Notes: generated by a model from the letters alone, not told the origin. A stretch of DNA of 64,000 nt from Candidatus Taylorbacteria bacterium RIFCSPHIGHO2_12_FULL_45_16 (GCA_001821055.1 MHRT01000004.1:5548-69547), one strand, 5' to 3'. Positions 1-9,598 are shown, counted from the stretch's first letter. Program-made: numbers and translations.

Positions 1-35
1 TAGTAATAAAAGAACCATGCCAGCCGGGTCAGACA

Positions 36-860
36 ATGTATGGAGATTATTCTGGTATACCTTATCAATGTGATTATGTACAATTAACCCCTGGAATCTA
101 TAAAGTTTCTACAGAAACGTGGGGGAATAAAAGTAATACATTACAGTTTACGGTCGTAGGCTCTAATTCCCAACCATCTGTTACAGTTCTTTACCCTAAT
201 ATGGGAGAAATGTTAAATAATGGCGGAAGAGATAATATAGCGACAGTTCGATGGACTACCTCAAACTTCGGTAGCATGAATGTTACAGTAGGATTGTTTA
301 ATAAGAATGGAGATTGGATAAAAACAATTGCATCTGATATTCTAAATACAGGAAGTTATAATTGGAAAATGGATCCAACGATAGCAAGTGGTGAGTATAA
401 AATTGCGGTAACCTCACCTCAATCAATGGCTAATGCCGCTACAGGACCAGTTGCTTCCGATTTATCTGACGGTACTTTTGTTATAAGTACACGTTCGATT
501 ACTCCGGGTAAAACATTTGTGACTCTCGTATCACCAAATGGTGGTGAATCTCTTGCAACTGGTAGCAAGATAATTATTAAATGGTCAAGTTTGGGTGAAA
601 AACCAACCTCTGCAACTATAAGTTTAAGAAGTAATGCTCGATGCCCATACGGTTATAGTTGTACTCCGTTACCAAATTCCTTCAGTAACATTGCCGAAAT
701 TAGCGGAAGTAATCTTGATAAGGGAGAATATGAATGGACTGTCGACAAGTTAAATGTTGACGATCATGGCAATGGTTATCTAATTGGAGTACTTATCTCT
801 AAGGATAGTTTAGGTAACGCCAGTTACGATGATAGTGATTCTAGTTTCATTATTAACTAG
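36..860 (+). CDS. Kre9/KNH-like Ser/Thr-rich repeat surface protein. The frame is open back to nt 3, so the 5' end may lie outside the window.
   Basis: Tandem ~90-aa units carry the motif 'V(L/S)YPN(M/G)GE...W' (VTVLYPNMGEML..., VTLVSPNGGESL...), which is typical of the Kre9_KNH-like domain common in CPR surface proteins. The protein is Ser/Thr-rich. Confidence 0.5.
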   Translation: MYGDYSGIPYQCDYVQLTPGIYKVSTETWGNKSNTLQFTVVGSNSQPSVTVLYPNMGEMLNNGGRDNIATVRWTTSNFGSMNVTVGLFNKNGDWIKTIASDILNTGSYNWKMDPTIASGEYKIAVTSPQSMANAATGPVASDLSDGTFVISTRSITPGKTFVTLVSPNGGESLATGSKIIIKWSSLGEKPTSATISLRSNARCPYGYSCTPLPNSFSNIAEISGSNLDKGEYEWTVDKLNVDDHGNGYLIGVLISKDSLGNASYDDSDSSFIIN

Positions 861-922
861 TCAGTTCCATTCTAATATCGTCCCACAGCGCGCACAATTG
901 ATCTGTAACATATTCTATTTCA

Positions 923-1510
923 ATGATCACTCATTTTCCAAAGACACATGCCCCAGGATTGTTCTTTAGAGAAGGCATAAAGAAATTCATAAAAAACGGC
1001 TCACTTGTGCCGAGCTCAAAATATTTGGGAAAGATGATGTTGAAGTCGGTCGAAATGAAACAGGGTGTATTCATTGTTGAACTTGGTGCCGGTACGGGCA
1101 CCTTTACCAAAATGATTCTCTCTGAGATGCCAAAAAGTGGTCGATTAGTAGTCTTTGAGATAAATCCAATTTTAGCAGAGTATCTCCGTTGGCAGATTGT
1201 TGATCCGCGTATTATGATCATTGAAGCTGACGCGGTGGATATGGTCAGTCATTTGAGCAATTTGAATACCAATAAACCAAATTACATCATTTCTGGAATA
1301 CCGATCGGTAATATGAGGCCGTCGTTGAGGAAGTCTTTGCTATCGGCAGTACATGAAACCCTAGCTGAAGATGGTTTGTTCATCCAGTTTCAATATTTTC
1401 TGGCGAGTTTGGTTGCAATCAGAAAATTTTTCCATACGAAAATTATCGGCTATGAATACAGGAACATTCCGCCAGCATTCGTCTATAGTTGTAGTAAGAA
1501 GATTTTATGA
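923..1510 (+). CDS. Class I SAM-dependent methyltransferase
   Basis: SAM-binding motif I 'VELGAGTGTFT' followed by an acidic 'VVFEIN' motif II. Length 195 aa. Confidence 0.6.
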   Translation: MITHFPKTHAPGLFFREGIKKFIKNGSLVPSSKYLGKMMLKSVEMKQGVFIVELGAGTGTFTKMILSEMPKSGRLVVFEINPILAEYLRWQIVDPRIMIIEADAVDMVSHLSNLNTNKPNYIISGIPIGNMRPSLRKSLLSAVHETLAEDGLFIQFQYFLASLVAIRKFFHTKIIGYEYRNIPPAFVYSCSKKIL

Positions 1511-1543
1511 TGATCGCGCGCTTAGAATCTGAATAATAATCAT

Positions 1544-2608
1544 TTGTCGCCAGACGGCATATGGTACCTGGAGTTGTCTGTATGTTATAATATGTCCATG
1601 AATACCAAAACAACCCCGAAGGATTTTTTCCTTCACCTTGGCGCCACCGTGGCTCTATATGTAGCCGCTGGTGCTCTTATCAATCTCTCGTTCAGTGTTA
1701 TCAATTATTTTCTACCAGACGCTTTGGCCGGATATTTCTACGCCAATTCCGTTGCTTGGCCAATCTCCATGCTGATTGTGCTTATTCCGGTACTTTATAT
1801 TCTGGAATGGCTGATCAATCGTGATATTGCCAGGATGCCCGAAAAGGCTGATTTGTGGATCCGTAAATGGAGGATTTATTTGACCATCTTTCTGGCCGTA
1901 GTCCTTTTTGGAGGAGATTTAATCGCGCTTATAAATACATACTTGAATGGAGAAATAACCGCCCGTCTCGTCTACAAGGTGATCTTGATACTTCTGGTCG
2001 CCGGCTCGGTGGGAAAATATTATTCCTTCAGCATATACACCTCGCATCGTTGGTCAAGAATGATTCGTCGTGCCAATGCCTGGTTTGGCATTATCCTAGT
2101 CATTGTTGCCATCATTCTCGGTTTTGTGGCGGTTGGTTCTCCGGCAAAACAGCGTGCTTTGCGGTTTGACAGCCAGCGTATAAATGACCTTTCCAATATT
2201 CAGTGGCGAATCATCAACTATTGGCAGCAAAAAGAGAAATTGCCGGTGGCGCTCACGGATATCAATGACACTATTTCGGGATTTATCGTACCGACTGATC
2301 CAGAGACCGAGGTGTCCTATGAGTATTCAATAAAGGGAACTTCCAACCAGAAGTCTGTTTCCGGAGATCTTTCATTTGAGCTTTGCGCGACATTCGGTGA
2401 AAAATCACAGGATTTGGAAGGCAAAGGAGAGTTTGGTCGCGGTGGTGGGATGATGTATCCGACGGTCGGGTACGATTCTTCAATCTCGTATCCATATCCT
2501 GGTGGATCCAATGATGTTTGGACTCATGAAGAGGGTAGGACTTGTTTTGACAGAACCATTGATCCGGATATCTACAAGCCCAACAATCCAATTCCGAAGG
2601 GGATATAA
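1544..2608 (+). CDS. Hypothetical polytopic membrane protein with a C-terminal soluble domain. The start may be the Met at ~1598.
   Basis: Several hydrophobic segments in the N-terminal ~200 aa. The C-terminal half is Gly/Pro/Tyr-rich and hydrophilic. Confidence 0.4.
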   Translation: MSPDGIWYLELSVCYNMSMNTKTTPKDFFLHLGATVALYVAAGALINLSFSVINYFLPDALAGYFYANSVAWPISMLIVLIPVLYILEWLINRDIARMPEKADLWIRKWRIYLTIFLAVVLFGGDLIALINTYLNGEITARLVYKVILILLVAGSVGKYYSFSIYTSHRWSRMIRRANAWFGIILVIVAIILGFVAVGSPAKQRALRFDSQRINDLSNIQWRIINYWQQKEKLPVALTDINDTISGFIVPTDPETEVSYEYSIKGTSNQKSVSGDLSFELCATFGEKSQDLEGKGEFGRGGGMMYPTVGYDSSISYPYPGGSNDVWTHEEGRTCFDRTIDPDIYKPNNPIPKGI

Positions 2609-2687
2609 TCCATGCTACAGTAGGTTGTAATTTCGTGCTTTTTATTCACAATTACCAATTCCTCTAATTCATAATTCACCCCTCTCC

Positions 2688-4103
2688 ATGAACCTCGGCA
2701 AGAAAACCAAGATAGTTTGTACTATCGGACCCGTAACCGAAAACCTGGAAAAAATCACCGAACTCATCGACGCCGGAATGAATGTCGCACGTCTTAATTT
2801 TTCGCATGGTGATTTTGCTGAGCACCAGAAGCGCGTTGATAATATCCGTGAAGCCATGAGAAAGACCGGTAAGACCCTGTCCATTCTCCAAGACTTGTGT
2901 GGACCGAAAATCCGCATTGGGACATTCAAGGACAAAATGATCACTCTCCATCAAGGCCAGACCTTCACTTTGACGACCGACGAAGTTGAAGGCGATGAAA
3001 ATAAAGTTCACATCAATTATCCGCAACTGCCTCAGGAAGTTAAAAAGGGAAGTATTATCATGCTTCAGGACGGTAGCAAGCGTTTGGAAGTCTTGGAAAT
3101 TAAAAGCCACGACATTATCACCAAAGTCATGATTGGAGGAAGTCTTTCCGGCCGCAAAGGTGTCAATGTGCCCGGCGCCAACTTGTCACTTTCCGCCTTG
3201 ACCGACAAAGATCGAGCCGATGTCGCGTTTGGCGTCAGAAATAGCGTTGATTTCGTAACCCTTTCTTTTGTCCGTCGCGCCTCCGACATTACTGATTTAC
3301 GCAAAATTCTTGATGACGCAAAGTCTGATGCCCACATTATCGCGAAGATAGAAACACCAGAAGCTCTAGATTGTATAGATGAAATTATTTCCGCTGCCGA
3401 CGGTATCATGATTGCCCGAGGCGATTTGGCTATTGAGATTCCAGCCGAAGAAGTTCCGTTGGTGCAGAAGCTCATCATTTCAAAATGTAACGCGGTCGGT
3501 AAACCGGTGATTACCGCCACGCAGATGCTGGAGTCAATGGTCAAGAATCCAGTCCCGACCCGAGCCGAAGTCTCCGATATTGCCAACGCCATCATCGACG
3601 GTACCGATGCCATCATGCTTTCGGAAGAGACGACACTTGGGGACTTTCCGATTGAAGCGGTCAAAGTCATGACCAAAGTCGCGGCCCGTGTGGAAAAAGA
3701 AATATACACTCGGGATACAATTGCCGGATATAGACCACCGCACGGCGTAACGGATGTAGTCTCGCAATCTGCCGTGCGTTGTGCTCACAATGTCGAAGCT
3801 GCTCTAATTGTCGCCTTGACTCGTTCAGGTCGTTCCGCCCGGATGATCGCTCGGTATCGTCCGGCGGAGCCAGTGTTGGCCCTTTCTGACAACCAAGCTC
3901 ATGCCAACAAATTGATGCTGACATTCGGTTGCTATCCGATGGTTGCGCCGACATTCAAAACGGTTGATGAGATTATGGAAATTGTGCGCAAAGTCACTCT
4001 GGATACTGGACTCGTCAAAAAAGGGGATAAAGTGGTGATAGTCGCCGGAATGCCATTTGGTACCGCGGCGGAGACGAATATGATTTTAGTGGAGACACTT
4101 TAA
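2688..4103 (+). CDS. pyk: Pyruvate kinase
   Basis: Full-length match to the PK family: 'KTKIVCTIGP', 'ARLNFSHGD', 'MIARGDLAIEIP', and a C-terminal alpha/beta domain. Length 471 aa. Confidence 0.9.
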   Translation: MNLGKKTKIVCTIGPVTENLEKITELIDAGMNVARLNFSHGDFAEHQKRVDNIREAMRKTGKTLSILQDLCGPKIRIGTFKDKMITLHQGQTFTLTTDEVEGDENKVHINYPQLPQEVKKGSIIMLQDGSKRLEVLEIKSHDIITKVMIGGSLSGRKGVNVPGANLSLSALTDKDRADVAFGVRNSVDFVTLSFVRRASDITDLRKILDDAKSDAHIIAKIETPEALDCIDEIISAADGIMIARGDLAIEIPAEEVPLVQKLIISKCNAVGKPVITATQMLESMVKNPVPTRAEVSDIANAIIDGTDAIMLSEETTLGDFPIEAVKVMTKVAARVEKEIYTRDTIAGYRPPHGVTDVVSQSAVRCAHNVEAALIVALTRSGRSARMIARYRPAEPVLALSDNQAHANKLMLTFGCYPMVAPTFKTVDEIMEIVRKVTLDTGLVKKGDKVVIVAGMPFGTAAETNMILVETL

Positions 4104-4222
4104 AACGCAAAGCAAGGAAGCAAAATGGAAAGAAGGGAAGATTAAATTTTTACATAAGCATTCATTGTCGTCCCCAATTTCCCCTTTGCATTTTCCCCGA
4201 ATCTTCATGCTATAATTCCAGC

Positions 4223-4957
4223 ATGCAGAAGAGCATGTACATTATTCCCGATACTACGCTTATTCTCGATCGCCGCCCTCGTGAGTACCCACTCATCTTC
4301 AGGGACCTGCCGGCCAACGAGAAGCCACGCGAAAAGCTTCTGGCTTACGGCCCGGAGGCTCTTTCTATCGCCGAATTGACGGCCCTTCTGCTTGTGACAG
4401 GGACTACCAGAGAGGATGTCCTGGAAATGTCCACACGCCTTGTTCGTGAATATGGAGAGAAAAGTGTTTTTGCTGGGCGAGACCCGGAGAAATTATCCAA
4501 AGAGTTAGATGTGCCAATAGTCAAGGCTTGCGCCATTGTCGCCGTGGGAGAATTGGGTAGACGATTGTATGAACATTCCGAGTCGGGTTTCAAGACCATT
4601 AGAAATGCCAAAGACGCCTACGAATATCTCGTGGACATGCGCAATCTACCTAAGGAACATTTGCGTGGACTATACCTCAATAGCCATAACCGGATTATAG
4701 CCGATGAAGTGATTTCGATCGGCACCGTGAATGCCAATGTCATCCACGCCCGCGAGGTATTCCGTCCGGCTATCGAACGCAATGCCGTGGCCGTTATCTT
4801 GGCACACAATCATCCGTCCGGCGAGTCCACGCCCAGCCTTGAAGATATCACCATTACCAAACAGCTTGTCCAAGCGGGGAAGATATTGGGCATCCGTGTT
4901 TTAGATCATGTCATCATCACCAAGGACGCATTTATGAGTGTGAGTGCGGACTACTAA
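4223..4957 (+). CDS. radC: RadC-like JAB/MPN-domain protein
   Basis: N-terminal 'EKPREKLL' helix-hairpin-helix-like region and the C-terminal JAMM motif 'ILAHNHPSGESTPSLEDI'. Confidence 0.8.
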   Translation: MQKSMYIIPDTTLILDRRPREYPLIFRDLPANEKPREKLLAYGPEALSIAELTALLLVTGTTREDVLEMSTRLVREYGEKSVFAGRDPEKLSKELDVPIVKACAIVAVGELGRRLYEHSESGFKTIRNAKDAYEYLVDMRNLPKEHLRGLYLNSHNRIIADEVISIGTVNANVIHAREVFRPAIERNAVAVILAHNHPSGESTPSLEDITITKQLVQAGKILGIRVLDHVIITKDAFMSVSADY

Positions 4958-4995
4958 TCACAAAGCAAAGATTTAAGCAACACGATCTTTCCTTT

Positions 4996-5346
4996 TTGCT
5001 TCTTTGCTCTTCTATCTCCATGCGAGATTATCAGCTTACTTCACCTTCTTTGGAGGGTATACTCCATCATGACTCAATCATGTATGAAGGCATTCGTCGA
5101 CCGTTCGAGTTACTGAGAGTCATGGATGGGCCCTTATCGCGAGGCGCTAACAAGCACACCCACATAGCCGAGGTTGTATATACAGAAACCGAGCGGAAAA
5201 TCATTCAAAATTACCTGCAAGATCTCAATCGTTTGTTCATGAAAAAACTTTCACACTTTATGGTAGAATCGGAGTCAAAGCCTGATGAAGGCGTCAAGCT
5301 CCAAGCAATGTTGCAGGAGATGATAAAAATCAAAAAATTGCTATAA
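4996..5346 (+). CDS. Hypothetical small protein. It abuts the murD-like gene (its stop at 5344-5346 is immediately followed by the 5348 start) and is possibly cotranscribed.
   Basis: Open frame only. No recognisable motif. The C-terminus is Lys-rich. Confidence 0.25.
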   Translation: MLLCSSISMRDYQLTSPSLEGILHHDSIMYEGIRRPFELLRVMDGPLSRGANKHTHIAEVVYTETERKIIQNYLQDLNRLFMKKLSHFMVESESKPDEGVKLQAMLQEMIKIKKLL

Positions 5347-5347
5347 T

Positions 5348-6691
5348 GTGTGCATGATTTTACGCGATTATTTCAAAGGCAAGCGGATTGCCGTTATTGG
5401 GCTGGGCTTGCATGGTGAGATGATCGAAGATGTGAAATATCTTATCAAAGCCGGCGCTTGGGTGTCCATATATGACCTAAAAAGCGAAGCGCGCCTCAAA
5501 AACCATTTGGTTTTTTTGAGGTCCGTTGGTTTGGCCAATTATGTTTGTGGTTCCATTCCGGCGGATGATTTGTTGGACATGGATCTTATTATCTTGTCGC
5601 GAGAATATCCCAAAGACTCGTCTTTTTTGAAAAGCGTCTATGCCCAAAATATCCCCGTTGAATATCAAGAAACTCTTTTCTTCAAGCTGGCTCCTCCGAT
5701 TACATTGGTTGGTGTGATGGGCATTTGCGGCAAATCAACGGTTATTTCTATCCTTACCCCTTTATTGGAAAAAGTTTGTGAAGCGTATGATACACAAGGC
5801 TTATTCGTCGTTGATTCGGAATCCGCCAACGGTGTTTTGACCCATCTCAGGAAGATCAAGAATGGGGATATCGTGATAATGCGTGTTATAGATGAAATGA
5901 TTCCCGAATTGTATGATATGCGTATTAGTCCGCATGTGGCAATATTCACGACGGTGCCGACGACGCGCGGTTCCCTAGCCTCGCCGTTCGATGTGCTTTC
6001 GTACCAGACATATAACAATTTTATCGTGGCGTCCGATGAGGTCATTGATGTGGCTCGTTCCATGCAAATCCAGCCACGCGCGAAAATGTTGCGTACCAAA
6101 GCCACTTTGATCCCCAATGAATGGGGTTTTGAAGGTCGAGGATCGCATGATCGCATGAATGCCTCCTTGGCGCTGGAGGCGGCGCGGTTATTTAAGGTTG
6201 ATGATGATGTAGCCCACCACATTTTCATTGGATGGAAGGCGCTCAAAGGTCGTTTGGAGTTGATAAAAAAGATAAAAGGCGTTGAATTTTTCAATGATAC
6301 CATGTCAATGACGCCGGATTCGACTCTGGCAGGCATTATCTCATTGTCGCAAGATCGCAATGTTATTCTCATTTTGGGCGGGGCTGATGGGGGATATGAA
6401 TATTGCGCGTTGTATAGTCAGTTGCCTCGTCATGTGCATACGATAGTCAATATTCCAGGTAGTGGTACTCTGCGTCAACGCGCGCATATGCAAGATATTG
6501 AGGGTGTTGTAGTGAAGTCAGTTCCGTCAATTGGCGAAGCGGTCAGGACGGCCTTCGAGTGCGCCAAAAAGGGGGATCGGGTCTTGTTTAGTCCCGGCTT
6601 TGACGCTGGTGGCGTTGAAGGCTCCAAAATAGATCGCGGGGAGAGATTCGTGAGAGTAGTAAGGGGGTTGTTGAGTGAGATTATCAGATAA
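5348..6691 (+). CDS. murD: Mur ligase family, MurD-like (UDP-N-acetylmuramoylalanine--D-glutamate ligase)
   Basis: N-terminal Rossmann 'KRIAVIGLGLHG' and the Mur-ligase P-loop 'GVMGICGKST'. Middle and C-terminal Mur domains are present. The start codon is GTG at 5348, with an ATG at 5354. Confidence 0.6.
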   Translation: MCMILRDYFKGKRIAVIGLGLHGEMIEDVKYLIKAGAWVSIYDLKSEARLKNHLVFLRSVGLANYVCGSIPADDLLDMDLIILSREYPKDSSFLKSVYAQNIPVEYQETLFFKLAPPITLVGVMGICGKSTVISILTPLLEKVCEAYDTQGLFVVDSESANGVLTHLRKIKNGDIVIMRVIDEMIPELYDMRISPHVAIFTTVPTTRGSLASPFDVLSYQTYNNFIVASDEVIDVARSMQIQPRAKMLRTKATLIPNEWGFEGRGSHDRMNASLALEAARLFKVDDDVAHHIFIGWKALKGRLELIKKIKGVEFFNDTMSMTPDSTLAGIISLSQDRNVILILGGADGGYEYCALYSQLPRHVHTIVNIPGSGTLRQRAHMQDIEGVVVKSVPSIGEAVRTAFECAKKGDRVLFSPGFDAGGVEGSKIDRGERFVRVVRGLLSEIIR

Positions 6692-6732
6692 AATTTCACA
6701 GTCGGCGTCGTATTTGTAGTCGGATTATGTCA

Positions 6733-6758
6733 AATCCACAACGCCTGTAAAGAGGGTT
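6733..6758. repeat. 26-nt direct repeat, copy A (aatccacaacgcctgTAaagagggtt)
   Basis: Copy B at 8064-8089 matches at 24 of 26 positions. Both copies sit between convergent gene ends. Confidence 0.9.
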
Positions 6759-6793
6759 TGGTGACAGAAGTTCTCCCTTTGCTAACTGTGAAA

Positions 6794-7753
6794 TTACTCC
6801 CCGCAGATCATACACACCACCGCACCATCAATCTCATGACTGGTATAAGCGGCCTTCATAGCCCCAACCACCGAAAGGGCACTATTAGTGGAAATAGAGA
6901 GACCGGCATGTTCCTGTACCAATTCCTGTGCAGCTTTGATGTCATCATTTGTCGCCACCCAACCTTTTCCACCGGTTTTTTCGATGAGGGGGATTAGGAT
7001 AGATTTTCGGTAACCGGTGATATCGGTGATAGCGTCGGCTGTTGATCTTTCATCGGACCCGTCGTAGGTTTCGAAGGCATCAGAGAGCGGGTGGCAGGAA
7101 GAGGTTTGGACGATGTGGACTTGAATAGGCAGTTTATTTTTTAGAAAATAGGTGGCCAGAGCCTGGGCAGTGGTGCCGGAAGAGGTTCCGATGAAAATGG
7201 CGCCGATGCTTTGCGTAGGTCTACCCTCCGTCAACTCTTTTGCCAATGATTCGTACCCAGCAAGCGCCTGATCGTCGGTTGATTGACGGAGACTGCGCTT
7301 GCCTTCCTGACTTGCTTGGATAAGCGCTTGTAAAGGCCGTTCTTTTATAAGGACACGGATCCTGCCACTACTTTTTTGAGCGATAGCGCGGATTTTATAA
7401 AGTTTTTTAGGCGAAACATGATTGCCGATAAAGATGTCGAGAGTGGTTATTGGTGTCTGGTTATTGGTGTCTGAAAACTCATTCAATTTCTGTACATGTA
7501 TAGCCGCCGCCAGCGCCGCATTACCGGAAGAAGAAATAGCGAATGCTTGGTCGCCGGTGGCTAGATAATGCTCAATCATTATAGGAATGGAACGACCCTT
7601 GTGCGAGCCATATGGGTGCAGGTCCTCGCGCTTGAAATAGAGGTCGGTAAAACCGATGGCAGAGGCCAATTTTTGATATTGTTCGAGAGGGGTTAGCATA
7701 AGATAAATAATCAATGATGCGATGTTCAATGATCGAACATCATTCGATTTCAT
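6794..7753 (-). CDS. PLP-dependent enzyme, fold type II (threonine synthase / cysteine synthase / TrpB superfamily)
   Basis: 'YFKREDLHPYGSHKGRS' (PLP-lysine region) and a Gly-rich 'GTSSGTTAQAL' phosphate-binding loop. Confidence 0.55.
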   Translation of the reverse strand: MKSNDVRSLNIASLIIYLMLTPLEQYQKLASAIGFTDLYFKREDLHPYGSHKGRSIPIMIEHYLATGDQAFAISSSGNAALAAAIHVQKLNEFSDTNNQTPITTLDIFIGNHVSPKKLYKIRAIAQKSSGRIRVLIKERPLQALIQASQEGKRSLRQSTDDQALAGYESLAKELTEGRPTQSIGAIFIGTSSGTTAQALATYFLKNKLPIQVHIVQTSSCHPLSDAFETYDGSDERSTADAITDITGYRKSILIPLIEKTGGKGWVATNDDIKAAQELVQEHAGLSISTNSALSVVGAMKAAYTSHEIDGAVVCMICGE

Positions 7754-7855
7754 TGGTTATTGGTCATTGGAAACTTGATCATTTGCCTTGTCATACTACC
7801 TTTTTTCCGCTACTATGTGAATATCAGCTCACGACAGCTGTCTTTTATCTGATTA

Positions 7856-8053
7856 ATGTTTCATCAAAACCTAAAAACCATGAATATGCTCTGCGTATGT
7901 CCGGAATGTAAAAATACCCTAGATTTATCGCGTTATCCCAACCTTGCCGCCGGCATGGTTATCGAGTGCAATCATTGCGGCATGACTCTATTGGTCAAGG
8001 AGATTGCCACTGATGGCAATGTCAAAACGGAGATTGTTGACGAGGGGAAGTAG
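7856..8053 (+). CDS. LysW-like zinc-ribbon mini-protein (the start may be the Met at 7880)
   Basis: 'CPECKNTLDL...AGMVIECNHCGMTLLV' matches the LysW/ArgW amino-group-carrier zinc-ribbon pattern (CPxC...ExVxCxxCGxxLxV) and is followed by an acidic C-terminal tail. Confidence 0.4.
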   Translation: MFHQNLKTMNMLCVCPECKNTLDLSRYPNLAAGMVIECNHCGMTLLVKEIATDGNVKTEIVDEGK

Positions 8054-8063
8054 GGTAGAAGGT

Positions 8064-8089
8064 AATCCACAACGCCTGCGAAGAGGGTT
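8064..8089. repeat. 26-nt direct repeat, copy B (aatccacaacgcctgCGaagagggtt)
   Basis: Matches 6733-6758. Confidence 0.9.
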
Positions 8090-8113
8090 CAGAATACCTA
8101 TTTCGCTACCTTC

Positions 8114-9529
8114 TTAGGAAGTTAGTCTTTTAACTGTTTCCTCAATCATCCCTCTAAACCCGTGCGACCCGAGAAACACAACCACATCACCCGCATGTGT
8201 TTCTGACGTAACAAACTCGACCAATTTTTGGTCACTTTCAATGTAGGTGACAGACTTATGTGTTTTACCAATAATCGCCGTCAGTTTCTCACCCTCCAAT
8301 GGTTTTTCGACCGCATTTTCATCAACTTTGAGCTTGGTAAGATGCGGAATTATTACAAGATCAGCATCCTTGAACGCCTCATCATACATCGCTACTGAAG
8401 CGCGCTGGCGGCCGCCGATATTCGGCTCGTAGACGACAATAATTTTTTTGTCATAGACCTCGCGAATGCTTTCTAGCACCGAAGCCGCTTTTTCCGGCGT
8501 CGGGGCATGGCAATCGAGAACAGTGACTTCACCTTCAAATCTTTTTTCAAAGCGGCGCTTGATGCCTTTGAAATCGGCGATGGCCTGGATAATTTTCTCC
8601 GGATCAATTTCTACACTATGCGCCATAGCGAAACAGCCCGTAATATTTTCGGCATTGAAGCGGCCAAGCATGGGAGAATGGATTTTCCAGGAAGTTCCGG
8701 CGTGGTTTATAGTGAAATCAAGACCGTTTCTGGTATGCGAGATGGAATGGTAATGATAGGCGGTGCTGGTAGACTTTCCATAGGTTACAATCGGCACTCC
8801 TTTCACCGCACTTTTGTTTCCCAATACTTTATTGACCCCATCATTATCTTTGCAGGCGATAATAATCCCAGTTGGCGGAATTTTTTTAACTAGATTTCTA
8901 AACTCATCGAGGTATGCTTTTTCTGTAGGATAAAGATCGGCATGATCCCAAGAAACAGAGGTAAGCAATAAATGCGTTGGTGCATAATAAACAAATTTCG
9001 GCCTTTTATCAGAAATAGAAACCTGATACTCATCGCCCTCCACGATGCTCCAATCAGAATCGGCGATGGCGCCAGTGCTGTGCGACAAGGAAAGTCCGCC
9101 GGTAAAATAGCTTGGGTCAAGCCCGGCTTGGATGAGGATGAATGACAGCAGGGAAGAAGTGGTAGTTTTGCCCCAGGTGCCCACGGTGACCACGGAATTC
9201 TGCTTGATGAAATATTTGGCTAGGACTTCGGGGTAGGTGTAGACGGGGATGTCGTGTTCGCGGGCATACATGATCTCCGGGTTGGAAGGACTGGTACCTC
9301 CACCGCCAATCATGACAAAGTCGGGTCGGCCAGCCTGCTCGATATTTTCCGGATGCCAGCCGGCGTAAAAAGACACGCCACTCTTCTCGAGTTCAGTGGA
9401 AACCGGCGGATAAAAACCCTTGTCACTGCCCGTAACAGCGACCCCCTTGTTCTTGAAGGCGATGGCAATGGCGCTCGTGGCGACACCACAGATGCCGGTG
9501 ATGTGGACCCTTTTGGGCAAATTGGACAT
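8114..9529 (-). CDS. mpl: MurC/Mpl-family Mur ligase (Mpl-like N-terminus)
   Basis: 'VHITGICG...TGSDKGFYPPVSTELEK' closely follows the Mpl N-terminal consensus. The Mur middle domain ('GTWGKTTTSSLL') and C-terminal domain are present. Confidence 0.75.
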   Translation of the reverse strand: MSNLPKRVHITGICGVATSAIAIAFKNKGVAVTGSDKGFYPPVSTELEKSGVSFYAGWHPENIEQAGRPDFVMIGGGGTSPSNPEIMYAREHDIPVYTYPEVLAKYFIKQNSVVTVGTWGKTTTSSLLSFILIQAGLDPSYFTGGLSLSHSTGAIADSDWSIVEGDEYQVSISDKRPKFVYYAPTHLLLTSVSWDHADLYPTEKAYLDEFRNLVKKIPPTGIIIACKDNDGVNKVLGNKSAVKGVPIVTYGKSTSTAYHYHSISHTRNGLDFTINHAGTSWKIHSPMLGRFNAENITGCFAMAHSVEIDPEKIIQAIADFKGIKRRFEKRFEGEVTVLDCHAPTPEKAASVLESIREVYDKKIIVVYEPNIGGRQRASVAMYDEAFKDADLVIIPHLTKLKVDENAVEKPLEGEKLTAIIGKTHKSVTYIESDQKLVEFVTSETHAGDVVVFLGSHGFRGMIEETVKRLTS

Positions 9530-9598
9530 GGGAATATCATACAGGAGAATGCATGCGATTTCTATGTTGTCTGAGAGTTATAATTTCACCCAGCGTTA

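Noticed and set aside
3065-3954. Minus-strand ORFs inside pyk (3065..3709, 3534..3788, 3667..3954), and similar antisense ORFs inside murD, mraY, mpl and asnB
   Set aside because: They overlap well-supported conserved genes in antisense, have low-complexity or Ser/Arg-rich composition, and show no motifs.
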